64,000 nucleotides of DNA from assembly GCA_951406725.2 (NCBI GenBank), contig OX597823.1:11408001-11472000 (forward strand). Reading direction: 5' to 3'. Every line of letters begins with the position of its first letter. The first letter of the stretch is position 1. Below the pieces are notes generated by a model, which had not been told where the DNA came from, searched no databases, and saw only the letters and a program-made list of their open reading frames with translations. This stretch comes from Octopus vulgaris (taxonomy: Eukaryota). Below are positions 40,161 to 53,149 of this stretch, in pieces. The position numbers and the translations under genes are program-made.

Positions 40161-40380
40161 GTAGATCCAAATAATACAAAGCTCAGTGGAGAAGCTTCTA
40201 CAAAATAGCACAACCTACTAGAAAGAACAACTAAATATCACTCATATCACTCCTTGCTGTCTTAAATACATAAAGGATACGTTAGATAATATAGGCCTTG
40301 ATATTGTCTATGGTAAGATGATATGGTCACGGTTGAAATACCTTTGATCATAAGTTTGTCTTATTGGTTTACTAACTATA

Positions 40381-40741
40381 ATGACATGTCACATGACCGA
40401 CCAGTCCATCAGATGTAGTTACACATCACTGGTCACAATGCGTTCGCATTGTTTTAACCTTCGAATGACGCCACCCCGCTGGCTAAGCGAGCAGGCCAAT
40501 AGAAGAAAGAGTGGTGAAAGAGTACAGCAGGGATCACCACCCCATGCCGGAGCCGTGAGTGTAGTGGGTGCTTTTTACGTGCCACCCGCACAGGTGCCAG
40601 ACGAAGCTGGCAAACGGCCACGGACGGATGGTGCTTTTTACGTGCCACCATCCATCCGTGGCCGTTTACCAGCCCCGTCTGGCATGTAAAAAGCACCCAC
40701 TACACTCACAGAGTGGTTGGCGTTAGGAAGGGCATCCAGCC
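40381..40741. mobile_element. Chimeric SINE C 3' half (minus) fused to an internally inverted SINE B segment
   Basis: 40381-40550 is the reverse complement of the family C tail; 40555-40709 is an inverted repeat gtgagtgtagtgggtgctttttac ... gtaaaaagcacccactacactcac. Confidence 0.75.
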
Positions 40742-42379
40742 ATTCTATTAATAACTAGTTTATATAAAGTTATAAATTGGTTTTGTTAATTTGCATTTTA
40801 TTTTAGTAAATGCTTTGTACTTATGGTTGCATGCCTCACATTTCTGGGATCAGTTTTATCTTTTGTTCTTCTGTGTTGATGAAATAAATACTAGCATCAT
40901 CCAGTATCCACTTATTCAATGATTATTCATCTCCCTTTTACAAATGTGAACTTCTATTTAAGGGAGACTGCAACTGAATTTTTATTTTAGTCCCTTTTTG
41001 CATTTATTTACTTTTTAATGTTTTAAAAGTAAGGGTGTTCATAAAATGTCTTACTTTAATATATCTCCTAAAATGGTAGAATAGTTGTAATGCTTTTCAA
41101 ATTATAGTCAATGTATAGAAATGAGTGATTGTTTAATGATTATTGTCAAATTGCCAAAAGAATTTCCGAGTACTTCTATTCATCATAACATTGATTTGCT
41201 ATGCACTTGAAAGGAAGCTAAATGGCATTGGTGCCAAGATTATACTGTGAAAGAGAGGAAGATGGAAAGCTTCTTGCCTCTAAATTAGAAAGAAAGAAAA
41301 TGCATTTTGATGATGTGAAGAGATGAGATGTAGAAAAATATTAAAATAAGGATGTTTGGAGAGAAAAAAATTTGGAGACAGATGGTTTCTAGTCCATGAA
41401 ATCTTGGAAGAATGCTTGCTAAATCAATTGATAATGGTATTTTCTATTAGATTTCAATTTATACATTTACTTCATGTTCCCTTTATATTCTCAAATCCTT
41501 TATTAAAATGTCTTTTTTAGCATTCCTTTTTAGAATAATCCCTGTTATCTGAATTATTAAAAAAGAAAACTCAATCTACTTCTTAAAACATATTTGATTC
41601 AAATTGCAATTCCACTGTTATTTTTATGTTAATGTCATGTGTATAAAACAAATTACACTTTGAATATTTTTTGCACACAGCTTCAGATGTCTTCTGAGAG
41701 CTGACGAAATTTATAAAAGCTATTATTCAGTTGCTAACTCATGCGAATATAAACCTATTTTTGATTCTTAAATCTCATTTACATTGATCAATTTGTTTCT
41801 TTGTGAAATATTTTAAATAAAGCTTAATGTTTAAACAAATCAATTTGAAGAAGAAATCCCATCATCTGCCATTAACTTTCTGTTTCTTTGGAGTTCTATA
41901 ATTTCTTAACATGGTTCTTTCCCTTCCCCATCAAAAATGTAGAAGCTAAAAAACTGAAATTTCATACTGAATTGCTGTTGAAGTAAGTCATCTTAAGAAA
42001 TAAGGAATTTTCCTATCATCCCTGTAAGGGTTAACAGCGTTTATAATTTCATAATGAAGTTGTTCCAAGTAAATGTGACATAGGGAATTTAAAAGGTTTT
42101 CTCGGCTGCAAAGAAATCATGTAATGGATGTGGTAGTTTTTATTGGTGTTGAATTACTCTGGTCGTCTTTATGCAGTGATAATACCCAACTGAACTTTTG
42201 TTTGTCATTGGTTGTCGCTATCCCAACTTATTCAAGACTTCTATGATTTAGAATTTTAAAGGAGAAAGCCAAGTTTTTGGTGGAATTTCAACTGCTATGT
42301 TCAGCAACTACACTGACTAAACTGAAACTTCGTTGCTGATTCACTTGAGTGTAGTTTGTGTCCATGAACTATCAGGTCA

Positions 42380-42608
42380 TTAACCCTTTCGTTACTAAAT
42401 TTATTTTGAGATGCTCAGTGTTTCTTCCAATTATGTTAAATATAACAAAGAATTAAGTAAAATAACATCGTTATCATTAAGCTAGAGTTAGAGACATAAA
42501 TTGAGACTAAGGTTTGGTGGAAGGTTTAAATTCAGAACTTTTGAAAACCAGACATTTGTACTAAAGAGCCAGAGCTGGTTTCAGCCGGGTTGGTAACGAA
42601 AGGGTTAA
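42380..42608 (+). mobile_element. piggyBac-type MITE family 1
   Basis: TTAA-ccctttcgttac ... gtaacgaaaggg-TTAA, perfect 12 bp TIR. Confidence 0.88.
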
Positions 42609-42699
42609 GACTGAAATGTCTAAGTTTATATTACTTTATCTCAACTAAAAGCAATGCAGTTAATCAAAGTATGCACCTAAATTATCAACACAGTTTTGC

Positions 42700-43330
42700 A
42701 ATTTTATTGGTAGCTTATTTCTGCTGGCAACAAAGAATTCTGGAGAGCAAGAGGTGATGAAATCACAAAATGCTGTTTTCACATCTTCTTCGGATTTGAA
42801 ATTTTTTCCTTGCTAAAATGTTGTTTAATGCCTGGAAAGCATGATAGTCAGTTGGTGCAAGATTTGGTGAATATGGTGGATGACAGAGTACTTCCTAGTT
42901 CAGTTCCTGTAACTCAAGTAGCATTCTTTGTGCAATATGTGGTTGAGCATTGTCTTGCAAGAGAATTAGCCTGTCTCTATTGATCAATCTCGGCTGTTTA
43001 ATTGCAAGTTCACTCATCATTTCATCCAGCTGGTTGATGTATAAATCCACAGTAATTGACTTATCAGGTCTCATGAAACTTTAGTGGATGACACCAGTGC
43101 TGGACCATCAAACAGACAATATTTCTTTTTGGATTGTGTTTTGGCACTTTCTCTCTATCGAATCACCATGCAGAATGCTTGCTATCATTGAAAATAATCC
43201 ATTTTTCATCACACATAACAATACAATGCAAAAAATTGTTCGCTTTTATGCTGACAGCAAAGAACAGCAAGTTTCAAGACGTGTCATTTGATGCTTGTAC
43301 AGTTGGTGTGGTATCCACTTATCCACCTTC
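42700..43330 (-). mobile_element. Mariner (Tc1/mariner) transposase pseudogene fragment
   Basis: Minus strand CIVMCDEKWIIF (~43192-43228), LILLQDNAQPH (~42938-42970) and EVLCHPPYSPNLAPTDYHAFQAL (~42826-42894): the three catalytic-Asp motifs in order, with stops and frameshifts. Confidence 0.85.
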
Positions 43331-43772
43331 TTTAACATGCATATTATAAATGCAAAACATCGTGGGCGAATCGACGTAAGCTTAGATAATAAACCGCGAT
43401 ATGGCGAGGGATTACTGTACAAGTGAACAAGTTAGGTTAATGATTGTTAGCAGTCAAATTATTAATCATTATAATCTTTAGTTACCTTATTCTAAAAATA
43501 TTTTATTTAAGAAGTGTAGATGTTGCTTATTTGAGACAAATTTTCAGTGCATACCTAATACTGTGTAGATATTTGGTGAATACACTGTCTTGAACAAAAC
43601 TAATAGAAACAAAACAACTATCAACTTTTCATTTCTGCTGCTGATAGGTCAAGAGACCATTATGATAATATAATGATTGGAAAGCTAAATGAATTTATCT
43701 GATTCTTGCTTAAAGGAGCAGGCTAAGTTTAAACAGGGATTACTTAATATGTAGACATATTGAGTGTAGAAT

Positions 43773-44105
43773 ATCATCATCATCATCGTTTAGCATCCGT
43801 TTTCCATGCTAGCATGGGTTGGACGGTTCTACTGGGGTCTGTGAAGCCAGAAGGCTTCATCAGGCCCAGTCAAATCTGGCAGTGTTTCTACGGCTGGATG
43901 CCCTTCCTAACACCAACCACTCCGTGAGTGTAGTGGGTGCTTTTTATGTGCCACCCGCACAGGTGCCAGACAGAGCTGGCAAACGGCCACGAACGGATGG
44001 TGCTTTTTATGTGCCACCGGCACGAGGCCAGTCGGGGCGGCGCTGGCAACGGTCGTGAAATGGAAGGTTCTCTTACATGCCACCGGCACTGGTAACACAT
44101 CTGCA
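43773..44105 (-). mobile_element. SINE family B
   Basis: (cat)n tail, gctagcatgggttggacgg, ggctggatgcccttcctaac, internal gtgctttttatgtgccacc repeats. Confidence 0.85.
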
Positions 44106-45034
44106 ATTTCCTGCAATAGGATACAGTTAAGAAAATCACATTATTCATCTATTTAAAAATTTTTAAAGACCAACCTGTGTTACAGGTGATTTTTATTGTA
44201 GAAAGCTGAAAGCTGGGAAAAAAACAAAAAAACATTGAAAACCATTGTGATTTGAAATATAATGTTGGTGTGTGTAGGTAAGAACTGACTTAAGTATTGT
44301 TCAGTTATCAATCATATAGATTAGAGATAAGATAATTAGAAGGTGAATATCAGGAATACTGAATCATAGTGTGTTGTGCTTGTCAAAATGCAGACCTTGG
44401 ATAATCGATTTTTTACTCTATTGATCAGGCTTCAAATAACATTGTTATCCTTTACCACTTTGTTGTCAAATACTACAAAGGCAATTGTTCAGTATATGAA
44501 GTCAAAATATTAGATAGTGTGTTTCACTGAATTGATATGGTTTGACATTACCATTGCAATATTAACCTTTGTAACATTGTTGTCAAGTATTATAGAAGCT
44601 ATGATAAATATATACACAGAGAAGACAGAACTGGGTGAAACTGATTCTAATTGTAGTACTATACACAACAAATAACAGTTACTGGAACTATGAACAGTTG
44701 CTGTAATATATACTATTTTTGGAACTGTTGCACTTTTTTGACTATATTCTTAATGCCTACATGCTTAAATTAATATTTATTATAATCAAAATTTGGAGGA
44801 ATTTGCTAAAAATATCTGTTATGTTAGATATTGCTTGTTGTTTTTGCTTAGCCCTAGTTTGGTGTTGATTGAGCTATCAAAGATATCCTAGCCATGACCA
44901 CTCTGTCTTATCAGCAACAACGGTCTACAATGTTTCTTTCCTTCCTCCTTTTCTGTCTTTATTTTTTGGTTGTTATGTTGGTGTTGTTCGAATAAATTTT
45001 CTTGCTGTCATGAGATTTTCATAGAGATTTCAAT

Positions 45035-45263
45035 TTAACCCTTTAGTGTTCACATTATTCTGCCAAAATTAATGCTTTTTCATCCACATTGTTTTGAACT
45101 AATCATGCATTATGTTGTAGCTATGAGATTTTGATGAGGTAGCTGTTCATTTTTCAAACAATATTGTAGGGTTGGTGTGAGAGACCAGATCTGGCCAGTT
45201 TGAACGTAAAACAGGCAGAATACTTTTGGCCGGATATGGCCGGTTTAAATGCTAAAGGGTTAA
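45035..45263 (+). mobile_element. piggyBac-type MITE family 2
   Basis: TTAA-ccctttagtgtt ... aatgctaaaggg-TTAA. Confidence 0.8.
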
Positions 45264-46094
45264 ATAGAATGCAGTAACCCTTTTGATACAGAGTCTCTCA
45301 AGTGAGTTGATATTAAAAAGGATACATCAATAACTCTATCACACAGTTAATCATCAGTGATATATTCTGCTAGCCAATACTATATGTAATGATACTTCCT
45401 CACTATGAAGTTTCCAGACCTTTGTATGAAAACTACTTTGGGGATATTAATTATAAACTTAGTCTACTGTATCTCATGAACAAATAATTAATGCACTATA
45501 AAACTAGTCCAAGAACTTTTCAATACCACCTCATCCAAAGGCTTGTCTCTCTAAACATTACCACTTTATTATTTTATCTTCTAATTATGTAATTATGCAA
45601 CAAAAGTAATTTTACTAAAACAAAATGTGTGGGCTCATTGTGTAAGTTTATTAGATCTGTATTAACTAAGTAAACCATATATACAGCATGCATTGTAATA
45701 ATTATTTGTATAACAGTTGTTACAGTTAAAGACCTCTTTTATCTTAAACATATTATATTCAATTATAGAAAAACGAGATATATTCAGAAACAGATCCCCT
45801 TTGTGTGTCTGTGTGTGTGATTTGGTTGAATGAAACTTGTAGTTGCTAGTCATGCCAGATATCTGTTTCACCAGTTCAGTCGTGACTAATGAGGCAGTAA
45901 AGACTGAAGTTTAGATAATTTTATTTGATCAACCCAGAAATAAACTAAATCTTAACACATCCACAATTGCTAGGCAGCTGTTTCTTCTGAGATGGTTTGA
46001 ATGAGTTGACAATAATGCAAACAGTTTTAGTATGTAGGAAAGAATACAAGTCCCTACAACCCCAGAGAAATGATGTTCTCAGAATGCAGAAAGT

Positions 46095-46474
46095 GGTGGA
46101 AGCACTCCGTCGGTTACAACGACGAGGGTTCCAGTTGATCCGAATCAATGGAACAGCCTGTTCGTGAAATTAACGTGTAAGTGACTGAGCACTCCACAGA
46201 CACGTGTACCCTTAATGTAATTCTCGGGGATTGACACAGAGAGTGACAAGGCCGGCCCTTTGAAATACAAGGTACAACAGAAACAGGAAGTAAGAGTGAG
46301 AGAAATTTGTGGTGAAAGAGTACAGCAGGGATCACTACCATCCCCTGCCGGAGCCTCGTGGAGCTTTTAGGTGTTTTCGCTCAATAAACACTCACAACGC
46401 CCGGTCTGGGAACCGAAACCGCGATCCTATGACCGCGAGTCCGCTGCCCTAACCACTGGGCCATTGCGCCTCCA
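46095..46474 (-). mobile_element. SINE family C, long-tail type, with 13 bp TSD
   Basis: Reverse complement of 25800-26190; flanked by gaatgcagaaagt (46082-46094) and gaatgcaggaagt (46475-46487). Confidence 0.92.
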
Positions 46475-46759
46475 GAATGCAGGAAGTAATAGAAAGTTCA
46501 TATGGTATGTTTATTTTAAACAATAGACATGCAAGGTGTATAATGAAGCTTCAGGCAAACTAATAGTGAAAGTAGATTACACATATAGTGAGTGAAAAGA
46601 GGCTTGAATAGCAATAAATTCTCTCAAATGCTTAGTTGCTCCCTAGTTAATACTTTCTAGATGACCTAATCATCAGTGAGTGAGGTGTGGGAGCTTAGTT
46701 GTCAGAATTGGAGTAGTTTGGTAAAAGATCAACATTTGTTTCAAAATACCTAAGGGAAC

Positions 46760-47920
46760 TGGTCTTTCCAGCACTGTGTCACCAATCCTTATAAGGCTTA
46801 GCATCCTGAGATTAGTCTTCACCCTTTCATTCCAAGTTTTCCTAAGAAACTCCCTTCAACAAGATTCATTCATTTTGAGTGCTCTCCTTTGCTTTTACAG
46901 CTTTTATCCTCAGTTGTATTATATCTGTACCATATCAGTCTTCTCTTGTTTCCTCTTATGTCCAGGTTTTCTCTCATCTCATTTGTGCTCCACCATTCAT
47001 AACCAGCAGATGATGCTTTGTCATCTCTTTCGAGTCTTTGAAAATTCTATGCATTCAATGAGGGTCCATATCTTACTATTTTGAGGTATCACATTTCATA
47101 CACCAGCAAAATACAATCTGCCCATTTGCTCAGAAGAAGAATCCCTTCATTACTTGCAGAAATAATTGCTCATGAACTTTTTCCATCCTATTTTTACTCT
47201 AGTTTCTATACTATCAGAACAGCTGGTTCTTAAACTCCTCTGTTATGGCTATTTTTCTACACCTAATTTCTTTAGTAACCACCTGTTGCAGAGCATAATG
47301 TTTGATGCCTTCTCCTAATCAACTAATGACAGGTACAGTGGCTTACACTTTAGCTTGGTATTTCTGTAGTTATCTCACTAGGAAGAGGCTCTCAATTGCA
47401 TCTCTTCCTGCACAAAACTGAACACCATCTCATCTGTTCCTTATCAATTGTCTTTTGATAACTTTCATAACCTCTCCATCAACTTGATGCCTCTGTATTT
47501 TCCTTTCTTTATTATATCTCCTGTGTCCTTTTAGCAGTTGATAATGATACTGCTATACCAGTCATTGGATATGGCACACTTCTATACTAGCTGACTGACT
47601 AGATGTTTGACTAGCTCATAATCTACATTGCCATTTTCAGCTTTTCAGTGACTATACCTGATGCTCCAGCTACCTTTCCTCTCTTCATATCTTTATTCAC
47701 TCTGTCAACCTGTGGTAGTTGATCCCAGATTTGGGGTTTACTTTGTGGGTAAACCCTCCTTCTGATTTGTATTCTTTTCATTTAACAGTCTCTCATAACA
47801 GCATTTGCCAGCTGGTGATAACAGTTTTGGTAAGAGCACGTGTACTGCTTTCATTCCAAATACACTTTTTGATGATGTCTTCATATTCTCTAGTACACAG
47901 CCTCACAATTCAGAACACAT
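46760..47920 (-). mobile_element. Highly decayed RTE-clade LINE fragment
   Basis: Minus strand GKVAGASG (~47657-47680) and VFSFVQEE-like (~47403-47425), paralleling 25500-25750; boundaries are approximate. Confidence 0.55.
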
Positions 47921-49420
47921 AAGTCTGAAAGAGTTAAATGTATGATTTCAAGTTGTCTTTCAGAGATTCTAGATAATGATATAATAATTTTACAGTGCCC
48001 TACCATTTACAACAATGTTGAAACTTCTCATCCTTTGTCTTTCTTGTATACATTTTATCAATATTTCTACTTACATAGTTTTAGAATTTTGTGAAAGGCC
48101 TTATCCAGTTCCACAAATGCTTGGTGTAGTGAATGTAAACTTACCAGACCATTCCTTTTGATGCTCTATGCTTAAATAATATGACCTGCCTTTCTTTTTT
48201 CCAAATCTGAAACTCCTTCCAGAGCAAAGGTTATCTTCTTTACAATGAAATATGATTACAAAATATTGTTTTCGTGGATTTAGTCAATGGACTGTGACCA
48301 CATTGGGTTCTGCTTTGAAGAGTGTAAGTTGATATGGTCAATTGAAGTAGGCTGATTCTTATTGTATTGACCTCCAAAGGATGAAATTGAAAGTTGGCCT
48401 GGGTGGGATTTAAATTCATTATGATGTAATTAAATCACATAAGGTATTTCATCCAATGCTCTCAGGATTCTGTCACTCCTAATTTGTTGCTTCCCCCCCC
48501 TTATTTATGCTTACTTAAATTCTGTGATTTCAAAGATATGGTAGCCAATTTCTGTTTAGTATTTTCTCTTTAGAAACTTTTCATTTATCAGATTACTGTT
48601 TTTATGTTTGGTTTTTAATCTATCATAATTGACCCCCATATCTGACTGCAGAAGTTTTTTTTATAAATTAAAGTAATATTTACGTCTATTAATTAATTGA
48701 AAGATATCAGAAATTCTGGATCTATCAAATAGTATATATTTGAGTGTTTCCAACTTGTGAGATTATACTTCTTGAGTGTTTCCAACTCGAGAGATTATAC
48801 ATAAACAGTTTATCCATAACAACTATTTCATCTTGGTGAACGTGAATCACTTTCGATCTCTGTAGGCCGTCATCCTACAACAGCAATTTGTATTGTTTAT
48901 TCTTTATTTATACAGTTGCTTTGTTGTATCAAAGCAAAAATCCACCTCAATTGCTGCTAATTCTAAACCACTCAGCAGCCAACCCACACTTTTCCATTCC
49001 TGCAACCCATTCAATCATACATCAACGACAATACTTGTCATGTTCTACAACACTAGATCACAGTCAAACAATTATTAGCCTATACAAAATGGAAAAGAAT
49101 TTTGTCACCTGTCTTTGTGGTCAACCCCGCTCTGTATCAATCATATTGCTTCTCAAAATCTTTTTCCTCATATTTCAGTTCTGCTGTTAGCAAGACTTCC
49201 TTTATGCCAGTTTATTACAAGAATACAAGATTGCATTCTGTTAATCTTTACCAACTCTCCTTCAATTGCTAATGCATCTGGTTTGGAATTATTAATTCCC
49301 CCTACACAAATCTCAACTCTGCCTACTCAGTACTGAAGAAAATCACTTTTCTGTATCTTTCTGTCCCAACCACTCTTCTTGTCGTTTTTTTTTTGTTCTC
49401 AGTTTTTCTTGATCTTATTA

Positions 49421-49454
<34 letters not shown>

Positions 49455-49989
49455 CATTTATTTATATTTCCCCACAGCTCTTGTGTTTCTCTTAGTGATT
49501 TCTTTTACTACTACTACTACTAATAATAATAATGGCAACAGTCTTTCTCTTATGATTCCATAAAATTCTAGATATTTCATTAGTGCTATGTTATTTTCTC
49601 TTATCTTGGCAATTACATTTTTTTTATAACTGTACAAAAGAAATATCAAAATCATTGCACTGGATGTTAATTAATCCAAATTATATTATTTGAATAATTG
49701 TTTCTGAAATGTTTTTCATAGTATTAGTCTTATTTTATTTAATTATCCTCTGACTTTTCCTTAAATTCTGAATGGATAATAATTTTCATTTCAAATATCA
49801 TCTCTGAATTAGAAAAATATTTATTTATGATTCAAGAGTATGGTATATAAACAGTTTGCATATTTTGTGTGGGAAGGAAATATTAAAATTCCACTCAATT
49901 GTATGGCCTCCCACTTTGAGATTGTTATTCATTGTGGATTTTGCCTTCATTTTAACAAGATTCTTTGTAATAATATTCTTCCTTTAGAA

Positions 49990-50118
49990 GATTTTTAACT
50001 TCACAAGAAACATTTTCAGGCTTTTAACTTCGCAAGAGACATTTTCTAATTTTAACTTCACAAGAGACATTTTCTAATTTTAACTTCACAAAAAATCCTT
50101 TCCAAATTTTTAACTCTT
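49990..50118. repeat. Minisatellite, ~28-30 bp unit x4-5
   Basis: Repeats of ttttaacttcacaagagacattttctaa. Confidence 0.85.
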
Positions 50119-50196
50119 GATTGCTATCAAGTCTTAAGCCATTATCAAATAATCTTATGATCAAATTCATGGTATTCTTTTTTTTTTTTATTTTAT

Positions 50197-50567
50197 TCTT
50201 TTACTTGTTTCAGTCATTGACTGTGGCCATGCACCACCTTTAGTCAAACAGATTGACTTCAGAACTTATTCATTTTAAGCCTAGTACTTATTCTATCAGC
50301 TTCTTTTGCTGAACCACTAAGTTACAGGGACATAAAACACCAGCATCAGTTGTCAAGCGATGGTGAGGGGACAGATACACACATACACACACACACACAC
50401 ACATATATATGACGGGCTTCTTTCAGTTTCCATCTACCAAATCCACTCACAAGGCTTTGGTTGGCCCAAGGCTATAGTAGAAGACACTTGTCCAAGGTGC
50501 CACGCAGTGGAACTGAACCCAAAACCATGTACTTGGGAAGCAAACTTCTTACCACACAACCACACCT
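50197..50567 (-). mobile_element. SINE family A, older diverged copy
   Basis: Full head-to-tail structure with many substitutions; further diverged pieces at 51385-51930. Confidence 0.8.
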
Positions 50568-52014
50568 GTCTAAGACCATTATATCCAGTGTATCCTTTTG
50601 AAAGGTAGGGTGTAATTTGACATGGATTTAATTTCTGTTTATAGTAAGTAGAACAACTACTTTCAAGCTTCATCATTAGATCACATTATTTCAAGTTTTT
50701 ACTTATTTTATTTTACTGGTTTCAGTCATTGGATAGCAGCCATTCTGAGACACAATCTTCAAAAGTTTTAGTCAGTCTTATTGACTCTAGTAATTATTTC
50801 AGTTTCATTCTTATTTTATCAATTTCTATTTCTCAAATGGATAAGTTACTTTTTCACGTAAATAAGGCATCTTTATACAGTTGGTTTACACAGTTATATC
50901 ATCATCATTACCATCTTATCCCTGCTCCTTCATGCTGGCATGGGCTAGATACAACGTCAGAGTCTGGATTGGTTCATCTTTTGAACAACTACCTTCTTAT
51001 GTGACTGGCCTTTGTACAATTCCTATCTTCCAAATCCTACTCATAAAGAAAGTATTGATCAACCTATTATTAGAAGACACTTTCTCCAAACTACTCTACA
51101 GTAAGATTGAATCCCAAATCACATAGTTGTGAAGTGAACTTTTTTTAGCTATACTGTTTTATAAAATAGAGAACTACTATAAATACCTCCACCACTTTTT
51201 TTTTTTTACCTTAAGTAGTGTTGAAAATTATTCGATCATTCCTTATTAATTTATATCTGTTTCTTAGAAATATATATTTTATGATAATATAAAGCAGTTT
51301 TTGTAAAATCAAGACTTGCTGGCATCTGTGATGAACATAAAATTGATACAGGAACTAATTAATGATGTTAGTTTAATGTCAGTTCTTTTGTTTCACTCAT
51401 TGGAAAGCAGCCATGCTGGAGCACTGCTTTCAAGAATTTTAGTTGCATAAGTTGATACCAGTATGTTTTGTTTTGTTTTCTTTTTTTAAATCTAATACTT
51501 ATTCTATTGGTCTCTTTTATCGAACCACTAAGTTACAAGGATGTAAACAAACCAACTCTAGGTGTCAAACAATGATGGGGAGCAAAAACACACACAAACA
51601 CACTTATATATACATATATATATATACATAAATATGTATATATATTCTTTTACTTGTTTCAGTCATTTGACTATGGCCATGCTGGAGCACTGCCTTTAGG
51701 CAAGCAAATCGACCCCAGGACTTATTTTTTGTAAGTCTGGTATTTATTCTATCGGTCTCATTTGCCAAAATATATTATATGATGGACATTTTACAGATTC
51801 CATCCACCAAATCCACAAGCAAGGTTTTGGTCAGCCTGAAGTAGAAAACACTTGCCCAAAGTGGCCCACAGTGGGACTGAACTTGGAACCATGTGGTTAG
51901 GGAGCAAAGTTCTTACCATGCAGTCATGCTGATTTTAAATGAATTTTATTTTGCGTCTTTACTTAATTAAAAAATGAGTTTCTTAAAACAAAAACACATG
52001 TTATTTCCATATAT

Positions 52015-52179
52015 AGGCGCAGGAGTGGCTGTGTGGTAAGTAGCTTGTTTACCAGCCACATGGTTCCCGGTTCAGTCCCACTGCGTGGCACCTTGGGCAA
52101 GTGTCTTCTACTATAGCCTCAGGCTGACCAAATTCCTTGTGAGTGGATTTGGTAGATGGAAACTGAAAGAACCCTGACG

Positions 52180-52222
<43 letters not shown>

Positions 52223-52410
52223 CTGTGTTTGTCCCCCTAGCATTGTTTGACAACCGATGCTGGTGTGTTTATGTCCCTGTTACTTAGCAGTTCGGCAAAA
52301 GAGACCGATAGAATAAGTACTGGGCTTACAAAAGAATAAGTCCCGGGGTCGAGTTGCTCGATTAAAGGCGGTGCTCCAGCATGGCCGCAGTCAAATGACT
52401 GAAACAAGTA
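52015..52410 (+). mobile_element. SINE family A, full length
   Basis: ggcgcaggagtggctgtgtggtaag...ggttcagtcc...gactgaaacaagtaaaa plus an A-rich tail. Confidence 0.92.
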
Positions 52411-52754
52411 AAAAAAAATAAATAAATAAATAAAATATTAATTGTTTTCTTGATAATTAATCTTAGCTAGATTAAAAAAAAAAAAAAGGAAGAAATTGTT
52501 CTATCAATTATATATATATATATATATATTGAAACACACATTCATTCTCACAAAGGTTCGTGTGAAGAAAGCGTAATGTGTAGTGGAGTTCATTCATTGG
52601 AAGCTGGTGAATCACTTTGTTGCTTCATTAAGTTTCTTAATTGAGAATTCATTTGACTGGCAAAAATAACCCCTCCTTATCAACTAAATGAATGCTAAAA
52701 TGCCCAGAAACTCAGAGTAAAGATGAAGTAGCTCAGCTTCTTTTATATGTGTGT

Positions 52755-53149
52755 ACTCTTACTCTTTTTTACTCTTTTACTTGTTTCAGTCATTTGACTG
52801 CGGCCATGCTGGAGCACCGCCTTTAGTCGAGCAAATCGACCCCGGGACTTATTCTTTTTAAGCCCAGTACTTATTCTATCAGTCTCTTTTGCCGAACCGC
52901 TAAGTAATGGGGACGTAAACACACCAGCATCGTTTGTCAAGCAATGCTAGGGGGACAAACACAGACACACAAACACACACATACATATATACATATATAC
53001 GACAGGCTTCTTTCAGTTTCCGTCTACCAAATCCACTCACAAGGCTTTGGTCGGCCCGAGGCTATAGTAGAAGACACTTGCCCAAGGTGCCACGCAGTGG
53101 GACTGAACCCGGAACCATGCGGTTGGTAAACAAGCTACTTACCACACAG
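52755..53149 (-). mobile_element. SINE family A, nearly full length
   Basis: Reverse complement of 52015-52410, lacking only the first ~12 nt. Confidence 0.92.

Noticed and set aside
48130-48250. Possible second mariner fragment (and a Tc1-like trace at ~41150-41420)
   Set aside because: Too degenerate to recover catalytic motifs by eye.
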